Shown here piece by piece: positions 42,101 to 52,400 of a stretch of DNA of 64,000 bases; position 1 is the first letter of the stretch, and every line of letters starts with the position of its first letter. Position numbers and translations under genes: made by a program. The stretch comes from Anaerohalosphaeraceae bacterium (lineage in GTDB: Bacteria; Planctomycetota; Phycisphaerae; Sedimentisphaerales; Anaerohalosphaeraceae). The notes beneath the pieces are model-generated. The model saw only the letters and a program-made list of their open reading frames with translations, had not been told where the DNA came from and ran no database searches. The DNA is taken from assembly GCA_963675525.2 (NCBI GenBank), contig CAXXSL010000011.1:480001-544000 (forward strand), written 5' to 3'.

Positions 42101-42817
42101 GCAAACGGCCAGCTTTGAATCGGTTGAGAACGCCCCGCCCAAAGTTGCCACATTACTTTTTAACACAAACATATTGGCATCAATGGAAAAAGCGTTGCCT
42201 TTACAATTTGAGGGTTTGAGTTGGAAGAATTGACTGACGGGTTCGCTTTCGCATCCGATATCGCCGCTGCGTTTACCGCGTTTGCCGCCGGCACCCCCAA
42301 AGGCAGCAACCAGTTCGACCGGTTTGTCGGCCCCTTTTAAAACAGCCTCCACGATAAGACCGTCGGCTTCGTATAGCCCTACCACTGACAGATGCAACAT
42401 TGCATCTTTTAAGAGTAAATCGCCAATCTCATAAACCATCGCTCCGGGACGATAGCGACTGATGATTTTGTCGGTGTCATGCAGCCATTTGATTCCGTCA
42501 ACGGTTCGAATTCCGAATCGTAAATTTCCTCCCTGCCCCGGCAGATACAATGAAAATTCCGGTTTGTCTCCGGCGTCCACACGAAAGGCGGTATGGCCTC
42601 CGTACAGCGGTCGGTTAAAGAATTCGGCGCCGCTTTCGATAACAAAGTCCGTGTCTTCGGGACGGTATCGAAGGGGACGTTCGGTCTGTCCCTCGAAGGT
42701 CGGCCGAACAACCATGATGCGTTCGGGCGGATTATACGCAGCCGCACGAATACTGCCGGCGGGATTGCACACCACACATGCAATGATTATCAACAAGCGT
42801 ATCACTCTGATGCGCAT
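39152..42817 (-). CDS. DUF4450-like protein (putative (alpha/alpha)6 glycosidase)
   Basis: FNRPLYG..AGDKPEF N-terminus, MHGAVAWR..GWRG.Y, YDMNLV; signal peptide. Confidence 0.7.
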   Translation of the reverse strand: MRIRVIRLLIIIACVVCNPAGSIRAAAYNPPERIMVVRPTFEGQTERPLRYRPEDTDFVIESGAEFFNRPLYGGHTAFRVDAGDKPEFSLYLPGQGGNLRFGIRTVDGIKWLHDTDKIISRYRPGAMVYEIGDLLLKDAMLHLSVVGLYEADGLIVEAVLKGADKPVELVAAFGGAGGKRGKRSGDIGCESEPVSQFFQLKPSNCKGNAFSIDANMFVLKSNVATLGGAFSTDSKLAVCDAEKWNNIYALLKSAGEQTEYPVLTATMKLSADQPVYVILKRISEDAEKFKTEQLGSLYEQTQQQRKQIAEKVSVETPDPFINAAVSALCVAADAIWDEKQASVMHGAVAWRSKYLGWRGPYANDAFGWHDRSKRHLTYWAGRQNTKPVPEAILPADPTANLSRNEPSLHSNGDMSGKHYDMNLVYMDALFRHILWTGDLELARSLWPVIERHMAWEHRLFRRTYGDDNLPVYEAYAAIWASDDLQYNGGGVTHTSAYNYYHNRMVARLAKDLGKDPAPYEQEAELILKGMQKHLWLADRGWYAEFKDLLGLQATHPSAALWTFYHTLDSEAADPMQAWQMSRFVDTQIAHIPVYGGDIPKGKYFTLPTTSWMPYTWSTNNVVMAEVAHTALAYWQAQRPDKAFALFKGCILDSMYMGKCPGNAGMTTYFDMARGEAQRDFGDAVGTCSRALIEGLFGIHPNMLKDELKITPGFPDDWPYAKLKHPDIVFEYCRKGQQETYFVRPIFAEPQALRLRIKARRTDAEVSTAGNVPVQWVIAEDAVGVPYIEINCKPAPDYKIKVVWKGQTPAATTSIPVVARHATLEVGFDGASLDIVSDPQHAVSNMSDESNALKAAASGRLGHHTIFARLERGRMRWWQPVEFETQKPFEIIAESQKEENFIEFRIRNNTAKEINTETVIRAGGQSAGMPLQIPAYGLSKKIYLLAKDFQLLPGSNRINIDLGNGKTCEGVVTNWHVSGHELPKQSDPVDLSAFYNDSITQIFQNEYLSPRSPYCSLAIPKQGIGSWCNFAKTFDVDDSGLRSAAQNNDGFFVLPQDIPFKISTKEQTKNIVFTSQWDNYPDEITIPLDGKARHIYMLMAGSTNSMQSQFDNGEVVVIYKDGSSRRLALRNPTTWWPIDQDYFIDDFGFRRPEPIPPRVDLKTGQVRILDVSEFKGKGGTVPGGAATVLDLPLDAGKELNSLKVKTLANEVVIGLMGATLVR

Positions 42818-42848
42818 CTATTTTCCCAATAAATGAAAACTTCTCGAA

Positions 42849-44546
42849 TCAGTCCCGGACAATCGCCTTTGCATCGGTTCCTTTGCCGTATTCAATGTTT
42901 CCGATCAAGGCAGGTACATCGGCGCCTTTCAAGCGAATCGTGGCGGTTTTGTCGCCCACCAGCTCCATAAACATCTTGCCGGTGGCAACAGACGCCGGTT
43001 TTTCAATTGTGAAATTCCGGCCGTTATACAGCATAAAAGACGCCCCTTCTTCCGGAATTATTGCGACATTTTTGAATGTCACCTGGTCCGCCTCGATTGC
43101 CGTGACACCGGTCTTAGCAGTTATGACAACGTTTTCCATCTCAATTTTTTGAACCGGCATTTCGGGCAATCCCTGCATATAGATCGCGCTTTCGGCGCCG
43201 CTGCACACAATATTTTTGAGATAAATATTTTGGAATCGGGGCGTTTCTTCAGAAATCGGGTCTGGAGGGATTTCAAGGCTTTGCTCGGGGCCAGGCGATT
43301 TTATGGCATAAAACATATTAAATCGAATCGCATCGGTGGCAATACCCATCATGCGAATATCTTCGATGTAGATATTTTCAACGACGCCACCCCGCCCGCG
43401 GGTGCTTTTAAAGCGAAGACCGACATCGGTTCCCAAAAATTCACAGTTGCGAACCGAGATATTGCGAACACCGCCGGACATTTCACTACCGATGACAAAA
43501 CCACCGTGGCCATGATAGACTGTACAGTCCCAAATCGCCACATTTTCCGTCGGTCTGCCTCGGCGGCGGCCGTATTCATTTTTGCCGGACTTCATGCACA
43601 TGGCATCGTCGCCAACATCAAACCGGCAATTATAAATCAAAACGTTTCGGCAGGATTCCAGGTCCAGACCGTCACCGTTCTGGCTCCACCAGGGATTTCG
43701 CACGTTAATATTGCGAATAATCATGTCCTCGCACAAAAGCGGATGAATATTCCAACTCGGCGAATTCTGGAAAGTCGGACCATCCAGCAGCACGTTTTTA
43801 CAGTTGACCAGTGAAACCATCACCGGCCTTAGAAACTCACCGGCTGCGGTATATTCGACCGGTTCTGCATGTCGCTGATTCAGTTGACGGACAGTTTCAG
43901 GCCCGTTGAGTGCTTTTTCGGACGGGTACCAAATCTTCTTGGCGGCATCCAGCACACCGCCGGAGGATACCAACGCTTTCCACTGCCCATCGGTTAACTT
44001 GGACTTTTTGACCGGCCGCCATACCTGTCCGAAACCGTCAATGATGCCGTCACCGGTAATCGCAATATTCTCCAGATTTTCGCCGGACAGCGGCGACGTG
44101 CAGCGAACCGATTCAAGTCCTTCAAACGTAGTTTTTTTCAACGGGTAGTGTTCAATGTCCGGACTGAAAAGGATGACTGCCCCCTGAGAAAGGTGCAGAT
44201 CGATATTGCTCTTAAGCCCGATGGGACCGGTCAGCCACAATCCCGCAGGCACCACCACACGTCCACCCCCGGCATTGACACAGGCCTGGATAGTCTTGGC
44301 GAATGCGACGGTGTTGAGGGTATGTCCGTCCCCAACCGCACCGAAATCCGTAATCGTGAAGGTACGGCCGGCAAACACAGGCGCCTTTATCGCAGGCATA
44401 TCAAACCCAAGAGCATCGGAGGAACGTTCGTCTCCGCTAACGCTACATCCTGACAACAAGACAACCGACATCAGCAACAACTGCAACGACAACATATATC
44501 CCGCGCCACTGCGGGGACGATATTTCCACATCCTGAATGTAACCAT
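42849..44546 (-). CDS. GH28 polygalacturonase, lipoprotein
   Basis: Lipobox LLSGC; NGDG, GDD, HGHGG, RFKS. Confidence 0.9.
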   Translation of the reverse strand: MVTFRMWKYRPRSGAGYMLSLQLLLMSVVLLSGCSVSGDERSSDALGFDMPAIKAPVFAGRTFTITDFGAVGDGHTLNTVAFAKTIQACVNAGGGRVVVPAGLWLTGPIGLKSNIDLHLSQGAVILFSPDIEHYPLKKTTFEGLESVRCTSPLSGENLENIAITGDGIIDGFGQVWRPVKKSKLTDGQWKALVSSGGVLDAAKKIWYPSEKALNGPETVRQLNQRHAEPVEYTAAGEFLRPVMVSLVNCKNVLLDGPTFQNSPSWNIHPLLCEDMIIRNINVRNPWWSQNGDGLDLESCRNVLIYNCRFDVGDDAMCMKSGKNEYGRRRGRPTENVAIWDCTVYHGHGGFVIGSEMSGGVRNISVRNCEFLGTDVGLRFKSTRGRGGVVENIYIEDIRMMGIATDAIRFNMFYAIKSPGPEQSLEIPPDPISEETPRFQNIYLKNIVCSGAESAIYMQGLPEMPVQKIEMENVVITAKTGVTAIEADQVTFKNVAIIPEEGASFMLYNGRNFTIEKPASVATGKMFMELVGDKTATIRLKGADVPALIGNIEYGKGTDAKAIVRD

Positions 44547-44578
44547 ACTTCAATTCTTCCTGAAATAATTAAGAGTTT

Positions 44579-47050
44579 CTATTTATTTAACATCTCAAAT
44601 TCCAGCCCGGCCAGAATGAACGGCCCGATGGCTTTCAGATCATTGTCGCGAATTTTTTCACCGATATAATATTCGTATGAACCATCGCGATACGGATTAC
44701 CGCCAAGACCGGCAACCGAGCAGCAATTGTGAATATTCACAAGTCCGTCGTCCACCGTTACTAATTCGTTGAGGATTCCCGTATAGCCTTTGCGTGCCAC
44801 ATCAAGGAATTTCTCATCCACATAGCCTTTTCTTACCGCTTTGGCCATTGCGTAGGTATACATGCAGGATGCGGTTGCTTCGAGGTAGTTACCTTCACGC
44901 GTGCCTTGATCCAACACCTGATACCACAGGCCGGTTTTGGGGTCCTGTACCTTTTCCAGGGCCGTAAACATGCGGTCGAGGATGGCAATGATGGCCGGAC
45001 GCTTTGGATGATCCACGGGCAACTCGTCCAGAACATCGACAACAGCCATTGCATACCAGCCTATTGCTCGTCCCCAAAAATGAGGCGACTTACCCGTCTC
45101 GGGGTCGGCCCAGCGCTGCTGGCGGCTTTCGTCCCACGCATGATGGAGCAGACCTGTTTTGGAATCGCGAGCATGTTTTTCCATGAGTATGATTTGATTG
45201 GCAACATCGTCAAACAATGCCGGTTCGTCAAACCGATTGGCATACTGCGCTAAAAATGGAGGCCCCATATAGAGACCATCCAGCCACATTTGATGCGGGT
45301 AGCGTTTCTTGTGCCAAAAGCCCCCTTCGCTGGTACGGGGGTGGTCTTTCATTTGTTCACGCAGGGTCATGATGGCTGTTTTATATTTTTCTTTCTTGGT
45401 TACATCATACAAATACAGCAGCGCGGTACCGGGCTTGATCATATCAATGTTGTATTTTGTAATATCATAGGTTTGGATCTGGCCTTCGTCATTGATCAGC
45501 CTGTCATAGTACCCTTCAATATAATCCAGGATTTTCCGGTCGCCGGTTTTTTCATAGACTTGCCACATCGCCTTAAAAACCAACCCATAAACATAGCTCC
45601 ATTTCGGCGTTGTTGAAAAATCCATACTCCAGTAATCCGCATTGCGATTGATAATCGTATACGTCATTTTTTCCGCCCAGTCATCGGTGATGGACTTTTC
45701 CTCCTTGGGCAGTACAACAAAACCTTTAATCCCTACAGTAATGCCCTCTTTTTCCGTGTTCTCAAAGGTGCAGCCCTTTAAGACAACGTTTTGAATCGGG
45801 TTGTGGTCATACCCCTGGATAAGCCATGGATATTTACTTTTGTAGCTGTGCACATTGGTCATAAAAACATTTCTGACCGTCGGCGGAAAGTCCCCGTTGT
45901 CGCCTTCCTGATAGTGGTAGTTAATCCTCAGAGCGGCTTCCTTAACCTGCTTCATCGTCACGTTTCGCATAAAGACGTTTTCGACCACGCCGCCGCGGAC
46001 GGAGTTGGTCTTGATGCGCAGTCCGCGATCCAGATTCGGGCTGTCCATGATGCAGTCTTCGGCGAAAATGTTGCGGGCGCTGCCGGAGATTTCGCTGCCG
46101 ATGACCACCCCGCCGTGGCCATCCTTCATGACACAATCCCTGACAATGATATTTTCAGATGGCACGTTGACCCGCCGTCCGTCTGTGTTACGTCCGGACT
46201 TGATCGCGATGCAGTCATCGCCGGTATCAAAGTGGCAGTCCTCGATCAGAACGTATTGGCACGATTCCGGATTGCAGCCGTCATTATTCGGTCCATGCCC
46301 AACAACCGTGACGTTTCGGACTGTGATATTGCTGCTCAAAACAGGGTGAATATGCCACATGGGGCTGTTCTTGATCGTCACGCCTTCGATCAGAATATTC
46401 TTGCAGCGATAGGGCTGAATCATATTCGGGCGCAGTTTGTAGCCGTCGCCAAACACGCGTTTTTCAACCGGGACATTCTCGTCGCCCTGCTTGCACAGCA
46501 ATGTCACATCAGCTTTTTGCGTCCACTTCCAGCGCCACCAGTTCGTATTGCTGCCGTTGCCGTCCAGTGTGCCCTCGCCGGTAATCGCCAGGTTTTCCTG
46601 CTCAAACGCATAGATCAGCGGCGAATAGTTCATGCACTCTGTACCTTCAAAGCGTGTATAGACCACCGGGTAATCGTCGGTGTTCGTGAAAAAGCTGACG
46701 ATGGCATCTTTGGTCACGTGAAGATTCACATTGCTTTTCAGATGAATCGCACCGGTCAGATAAACCCCTTCCGGTACAACTACCCGGCCGCCGCCGGCAG
46801 CATGACAGGCATCTATCGCCTTGTTAAATGCTTGCGTACAATCGGTGTCCCCATCACCTTTGGCGCCGTACTTGGTAATCACAAAATCTTTATCGGGGAA
46901 CACGGGCGGTTGGATACTCTCAAGGATGCCGGGAAGCATCTTCCAACCCTCTTCTTCGGTCATCACGCCGTATAACGGTGCATTGGCAAAAACAACACAT
47001 AAACAAACAATACACAGTCCCGCAATTAGTTTGTGTTGGAACACGTTCAT
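44579..47050 (-). CDS. GH28 polygalacturonase fused to GH105 unsaturated (rhamno)galacturonyl hydrolase
   Basis: NNDG, GDD, GHGG, RIKT; then GGFWHK, MWLDGLYM, HHAWD, WGRAIGW, YLEATAS. Confidence 0.9.
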   Translation of the reverse strand: MNVFQHKLIAGLCIVCLCVVFANAPLYGVMTEEEGWKMLPGILESIQPPVFPDKDFVITKYGAKGDGDTDCTQAFNKAIDACHAAGGGRVVVPEGVYLTGAIHLKSNVNLHVTKDAIVSFFTNTDDYPVVYTRFEGTECMNYSPLIYAFEQENLAITGEGTLDGNGSNTNWWRWKWTQKADVTLLCKQGDENVPVEKRVFGDGYKLRPNMIQPYRCKNILIEGVTIKNSPMWHIHPVLSSNITVRNVTVVGHGPNNDGCNPESCQYVLIEDCHFDTGDDCIAIKSGRNTDGRRVNVPSENIIVRDCVMKDGHGGVVIGSEISGSARNIFAEDCIMDSPNLDRGLRIKTNSVRGGVVENVFMRNVTMKQVKEAALRINYHYQEGDNGDFPPTVRNVFMTNVHSYKSKYPWLIQGYDHNPIQNVVLKGCTFENTEKEGITVGIKGFVVLPKEEKSITDDWAEKMTYTIINRNADYWSMDFSTTPKWSYVYGLVFKAMWQVYEKTGDRKILDYIEGYYDRLINDEGQIQTYDITKYNIDMIKPGTALLYLYDVTKKEKYKTAIMTLREQMKDHPRTSEGGFWHKKRYPHQMWLDGLYMGPPFLAQYANRFDEPALFDDVANQIILMEKHARDSKTGLLHHAWDESRQQRWADPETGKSPHFWGRAIGWYAMAVVDVLDELPVDHPKRPAIIAILDRMFTALEKVQDPKTGLWYQVLDQGTREGNYLEATASCMYTYAMAKAVRKGYVDEKFLDVARKGYTGILNELVTVDDGLVNIHNCCSVAGLGGNPYRDGSYEYYIGEKIRDNDLKAIGPFILAGLEFEMLNK

Positions 47051-47163
47051 TAGCTCTCCCTTTCCAATTTTCTGAGTTTTTATTATTTATAACGAAACAA
47101 ATACGACATTTATTTTGGTTTTATTAATCATTTTTTGATTTCATGCGCTATTTTTCAAGGTCG

Positions 47164-49419
47164 CTACGCCCCAATGCGAACAATAACCCATACAAACAAT
47201 AAAACCAATCCCACGCCCGCGACGGATAGAATAAAACCGATCCAGTCCTGTCGGTTCCATTTGTAAATCTCGAACTGTGTTCTTGGGAAAACCAGCAGAT
47301 AATTCAAGCGGTTCGGATTTTGGAGCGACTGTTCCACCTCTTTTGCATCGGCAACAGGATCCGGAATCACCTTGGTTCGCATTTTGGCATAAAAACGATT
47401 GAGCACATCTTCAGGATCCGGACGTGTCAGCAGGGATGTTACAATCAAAATCAAAAACGGCAACAGCGTCCGGAAAAGAATTCGCAGCGTTTCATTCAGC
47501 GCATAGGGGTTCGTTTCCAAATCAAGACCACACTTTTCAAGAATCCACAATTCGATACTGAACTGTCCTTTACCATAGAGTTGCCCATCAGCATCGGCCT
47601 TGATGCCCTGTGTCCAGAAAATACTGCGTTTTGCAAACGTATACCGCTGCTCAAACGCCTGACCGACAGCAATTGGCTCCGGACGGTCGTCGGTCACTTG
47701 GCCGAATTGATTTTGCTTGTCCCACAGAGCAATTGCTTCGGCTCTTTTCTGGACATCAAATTCGCGTGCTGTTTCAGTCACCACAAGCGGAGACGGTTGA
47801 GTCGTTCGCAATAGATTCTCGTTACACCGCATGTCCGGCTTCAACATCGGCGCCAAAACCGGGATCAGCAAAAACAACAGCGAACCGATACCGATCGACA
47901 TCCATGCCCCGGTGCGATTGGCACGGCGCCATTTGATGCCGAGCCAGTACGCCGGGGCCAGCATGACATTGATTTCCCAGATAAACTTAAGAATCTGCAA
48001 AATCGTATCAAATTGCAGGGCAATCCAGGCACCGCCGAGAACAACCAACGTGCCGGAAATGCGACCGGCCCAGACATAGTGTCGCTGACTGCGGCCCGGA
48101 ACCAGTGGTTCATAAAAGTTGTGTGTCAGCAGACTGGCACAGGTGATCATGTAACAGTCCACGGTGGACATTAACGCGGCCATCAGGCAGGCAATCATTA
48201 ACCCTACCAGACCCATCCCGAGCGGGCCGAGCAGATCCAGCGTCGCATGCCCCCAAACCAGGTCTGAATGAATCACCTTGCCGCTGTAAAGAACGATGGC
48301 CCCTAATCCGAAAATCGCCCAGAAAACCGTACAGAATCGTTTCAAAAAATTACCCATGACCACACCGGCCCGGTTGGATAATTCATCCTTGGCCGAGCCT
48401 GCCAAAACCGCCCCGTTCGGTTGCACAACAACAGTAATGGCCGCCATAAAAGAGAGTGTAATCACATAATACCATGTAAAATCCGGGGTTTGCGGTGCGC
48501 CGAATATCTGAAAATACGATTCCGGCAACTGGTGATGAATCGTTCTCAACGCATCGGAAAAAGAGGCGCCGCCGTAAATCGCGTTGATTTTTGCCCAACC
48601 GAATGGAATCAGCAGCACTGACAGCACAATGATAAAAAGCCCCTGTACCATGTCGGTTAAAAATGCCGCCTCCAGCCCTCCAACGACAGCGTAAAGCAAA
48701 ACGATAATACAAACTCCCCAAATCAGCGCGCTTTTGGACACATGTGAAATCAATGCCGCCGGTTTCATTGTGTCCAGAACATCCAACTCTGCTGTTTGCT
48801 CGGATGCACGGTGATCTGGAGTGATTTCCTGAAGTGCTTGTCGCCGAAGCAGTTGGTCATAGCTAAGTACTTCAATGGAACCGTGTATGGCCGCGGCGGT
48901 AATCCGCTGGGCTTCATACGCCTGGTCGTATTGGTGCCGGTCACTTTCTGTATAACTGATCGCCGCCTTCGGAGTAATCGCCAAAATTGTTTTGGTCATC
49001 GCGCTGAATCCCAACGCAATAAACGCCATCATCCCGATCGATCCGATCAACGAATACACCGCGCCCATTCTGACTGAGTTGAAACGTTCGCAGAAATAAT
49101 CCCCCAGCGTCATCACACGCATCCGTCGGGGCCAATGCGTCACAACCCAATAAAGAGGTGTCGCAAAAAGATACAACAGCGAACTCCAGATGCCCGCAAT
49201 GCCGTTATTAAACGTTGTCGTGGTAACGCCCACGGCATTATCCGCCGAAGTCGCCTGTCCAAAAGCAGCAAACGTCTGTATCAGTTTACCGAATCGACGA
49301 CCCGCAAGAAAATAATCCTCCTGATTTTTGATACGGCGGGACGACCAAATACCGATGCCGACCATCATGGCAAAATAAAAAACGATGACAATTATATCTG
49401 CTATTTCAAGACCAAACAT
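47164..49419 (-). CDS. Sodium:solute symporter (SSS) family transporter
   Basis: EDYFLAGR, GGLEAAFLTD, LMAALMST, many TM helices; ATG 49419. Confidence 0.85.
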   Translation of the reverse strand: MFGLEIADIIVIVFYFAMMVGIGIWSSRRIKNQEDYFLAGRRFGKLIQTFAAFGQATSADNAVGVTTTTFNNGIAGIWSSLLYLFATPLYWVVTHWPRRMRVMTLGDYFCERFNSVRMGAVYSLIGSIGMMAFIALGFSAMTKTILAITPKAAISYTESDRHQYDQAYEAQRITAAAIHGSIEVLSYDQLLRRQALQEITPDHRASEQTAELDVLDTMKPAALISHVSKSALIWGVCIIVLLYAVVGGLEAAFLTDMVQGLFIIVLSVLLIPFGWAKINAIYGGASFSDALRTIHHQLPESYFQIFGAPQTPDFTWYYVITLSFMAAITVVVQPNGAVLAGSAKDELSNRAGVVMGNFLKRFCTVFWAIFGLGAIVLYSGKVIHSDLVWGHATLDLLGPLGMGLVGLMIACLMAALMSTVDCYMITCASLLTHNFYEPLVPGRSQRHYVWAGRISGTLVVLGGAWIALQFDTILQILKFIWEINVMLAPAYWLGIKWRRANRTGAWMSIGIGSLLFLLIPVLAPMLKPDMRCNENLLRTTQPSPLVVTETAREFDVQKRAEAIALWDKQNQFGQVTDDRPEPIAVGQAFEQRYTFAKRSIFWTQGIKADADGQLYGKGQFSIELWILEKCGLDLETNPYALNETLRILFRTLLPFLILIVTSLLTRPDPEDVLNRFYAKMRTKVIPDPVADAKEVEQSLQNPNRLNYLLVFPRTQFEIYKWNRQDWIGFILSVAGVGLVLLFVWVIVRIGA

Positions 49420-49445
49420 CCAGCACACCTTTCATGGATAAATTA

Positions 49446-52400
49446 TTATTCTATACGAACCACTTCTTTTGTCGCGCCGTCTTTGACGCAAACAATTTCA
49501 GAAACCTTCGAAAGATCACTTTCCCGGATATGAATATTTGACGAAGTGGCACCGGAAACTTCAAGAAAAACCTCCGTCTGCTCTGCTATGGTATTTTGGC
49601 ATATCGTAACATCAGAACCGTTCGTGATACGATAGACAGATCCTTGTTGGGGCGTTACCGAAACAGTATCAAAAACAAGATTCTTCACGTTCTCACAGAC
49701 AATCCCCTGTTTTGAGGAAATGGATATATTTTCAAAATGCACATTCTCGATGGGGGCATCTTCCAGTGCCCGCATAAGAATTGCAGTTGGTGCCCCTTCA
49801 CAGGTCAGGTTGCGAATATCGAAGTTGCGAAAAATCGGAGCCTTTTCGTTTTGGGCCTGCTTTTTATCTGAACTGTAAGCCATATTAAAAATAACTGCCT
49901 CGCGCTGCATGTTTCTAAGTTTCAGGTCGCGTGCCCAAACATTTTCAACAACCCCTCCGCGACCGCGTTTGGATTTAATGCGAATGGCCCGGTCCGTTCC
50001 CTCGAACGTACAGTCATACATATAGACATTGCGAACGTCACCGGACATTTCACTGCCGATCACCAGGCCGCCGTGCCCGCGTTTGCTAAAGCAGTGACGC
50101 ATGACGACGTTTTCCGTCGGTTTGCCCACGCGCCAACCGTCTTCATTATAACCGGACTTAAGAACCACACAATCGTCGCCGGTGTCAAAAGTGCAGTGTT
50201 CAATAAGAACATTCCTGCAGGAATCCGGGTCGATCCCGTCATTATTCGGGCCATCCGTCAGAACATTAACCCGGCGAATAATCACGTTTTCGCAATAGAC
50301 CGGATGAATCGTCCAGTTAGGACCACTTCCGATCGTAAAACCTTCCAGCAGAACATTCCGGCAGTTCATTAAACACAGGAAGTTGGGACGTATAGCGGCT
50401 TCCGGAGTTCCGAACACTCGCTTTTCCACCGGCACGCCGGCGGCAGCCATCTCAAAGAATGCCTTGGTTTCCCGGCCTTTCCACGGCCACCAGGCTTCGG
50501 CATTGCCGTTTAACTTACCCGGGCCCGTCACGGCCACATTTTCACAATCCCATGCGTAAATCAACGGCGAATAATTATACAATTCGATTCCCCCGACCCG
50601 CACCAGAACAACGGGAAGGTAATCTTCAAGACGGTCGCTAAATATGATTTCCGCCCCTTCGGCAAGGTGCAGGTCTATATTGCTTTTCAGATGAATTGGG
50701 CCGGTATACCATTTGCCCTGAGGCACCAGCACACGCCCCCCGCCCGCATCAGCACACATCTTAATCGCTTCCGAGAAGGCCTTCGTGTTATCCGTCTGTC
50801 CGCCGTCAATGGCTCCATGGTTACGGATGTCCACAACACGGTTGGGGAATTCCGGACGTTTTAGTTCCGGCATCGGGAACGGCGCATGAATCGGCTCAAT
50901 CGATTCGTTAAGACGTATCTTAAGGCCTGCCAGGATATCCCGATCGATCTTGAGGACGTTGCCGTAATAATAACCTGCCGGAAACGACACAAACTCTGTC
51001 ACATCCATCCATGTATTGAAATCCCGTGTTATCAATGCGCCGCGTTTTTGACCGTCGGCGGATTCGAAATAGACAATCATTTCGTCGCCGATTTGCAGGA
51101 CCGCTGGGTTTTGATATGACGTCTGCGGCAGCACATTTTCCGCAGGCCCCCATGGCCCCTGCAGCGCATCGGCAAAACTGACACACAGCGTCTTACACAT
51201 TTTCCGACGATCCTCATGGACCATCGCATAGCGGTTGGATTGTTCGACGATCACGGCATTGTTAACACTGTAGCCCGGCTCAAAAAACGGCTCCGCCGGC
51301 GTAAATATTTCGAAGTCCGATGTCGTTGTAACCCAAAGCCGCGGATTGTCTTTGACGTCCTCCTGATAGGCCTGAAAGTAATTGCCCGGAAGCGTCGAAG
51401 CCCATGTCATGACAAATTTTTCGGCAGCCGTATCATAAAAAAGTTTCGGATCAACCACATAAAAGGCCTTCTGTTCTTTCATCAGGTCGAAAGACCTGGC
51501 GTCGGACCAGTCAATCAGATCGCCTGAGTGTGCATAGCCGATTTCCTGTCCGTTGTTCAGACCGGTCTGCCAGACCAGATGAAATGCTCCATCGGGCCCG
51601 CACAACAAATACGGATGGATAATGGGTTTTGGCGCATCCGTGCTCGGTATCACAATCGGTCCGGCCAGCTTTTGCCAGTCAAGCCCGTTCTCACTGTAAA
51701 AAAAAACCAGTCCCCCTTTGCCGCTTTTACAAAAAGACGTAAAAAGGTACGCTGAACCGTCACGCGTATCGTCCGCGATTTTTTTCTTAAGTGATTGAAT
51801 ATCCGTAGCGGATGCAGGAACGATTTTCGAAGTAGTGGACACCGTTCCCGCTATCGGGTTCCATCCGTCATCGCCGCTTAATACCGTTTGAATTGTAATC
51901 TTTTCGGCCTGCTCGGCAGTCAGTTGACGTGACCACTCAACACGGGCATCCGGATTGGCGCCGGGGCCGGTACTGTTATATTCGCCATACCGGGCTGTTT
52001 TTTCGCGGTGCGGCCTTTTCCAGTTATGCCAGCCTTCGGGGCGAACAATATCTGACATCTCTGTATTTAGAAAAATGACACTTGCATAATCCCGCCACGG
52101 TCGGCCGAGATAGGTTTTGGAATCTTTCGGCTGGCCGGTAATCTTACAGTTCGAAAAAACATATCCGTATGGCTGATGCTGGGGCGTAGAGGCCGCCGTA
52201 ATATAACTGCCTTCAAGACAATGAATATGGCACTTTTCAAAAAAGGCGGTGCCGCCGCCGAAGATAAAATCACAATGTCCCACAATGTAGCAGTTCTCGT
52301 AATAATGCCGCCCTGTCTGGTCCAGCAGGGTATCCTGCCAGCCTAAAAAGCGGCAATTGCGAAAGATAACCCGGTCACCCACAACGGTGACAGCCAACGC

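Noticed and set aside
45791..46975. 394-aa plus-strand ORF
   Set aside because: Antisense shadow of the GH28 domain; no motifs or RBS; explained by codon bias
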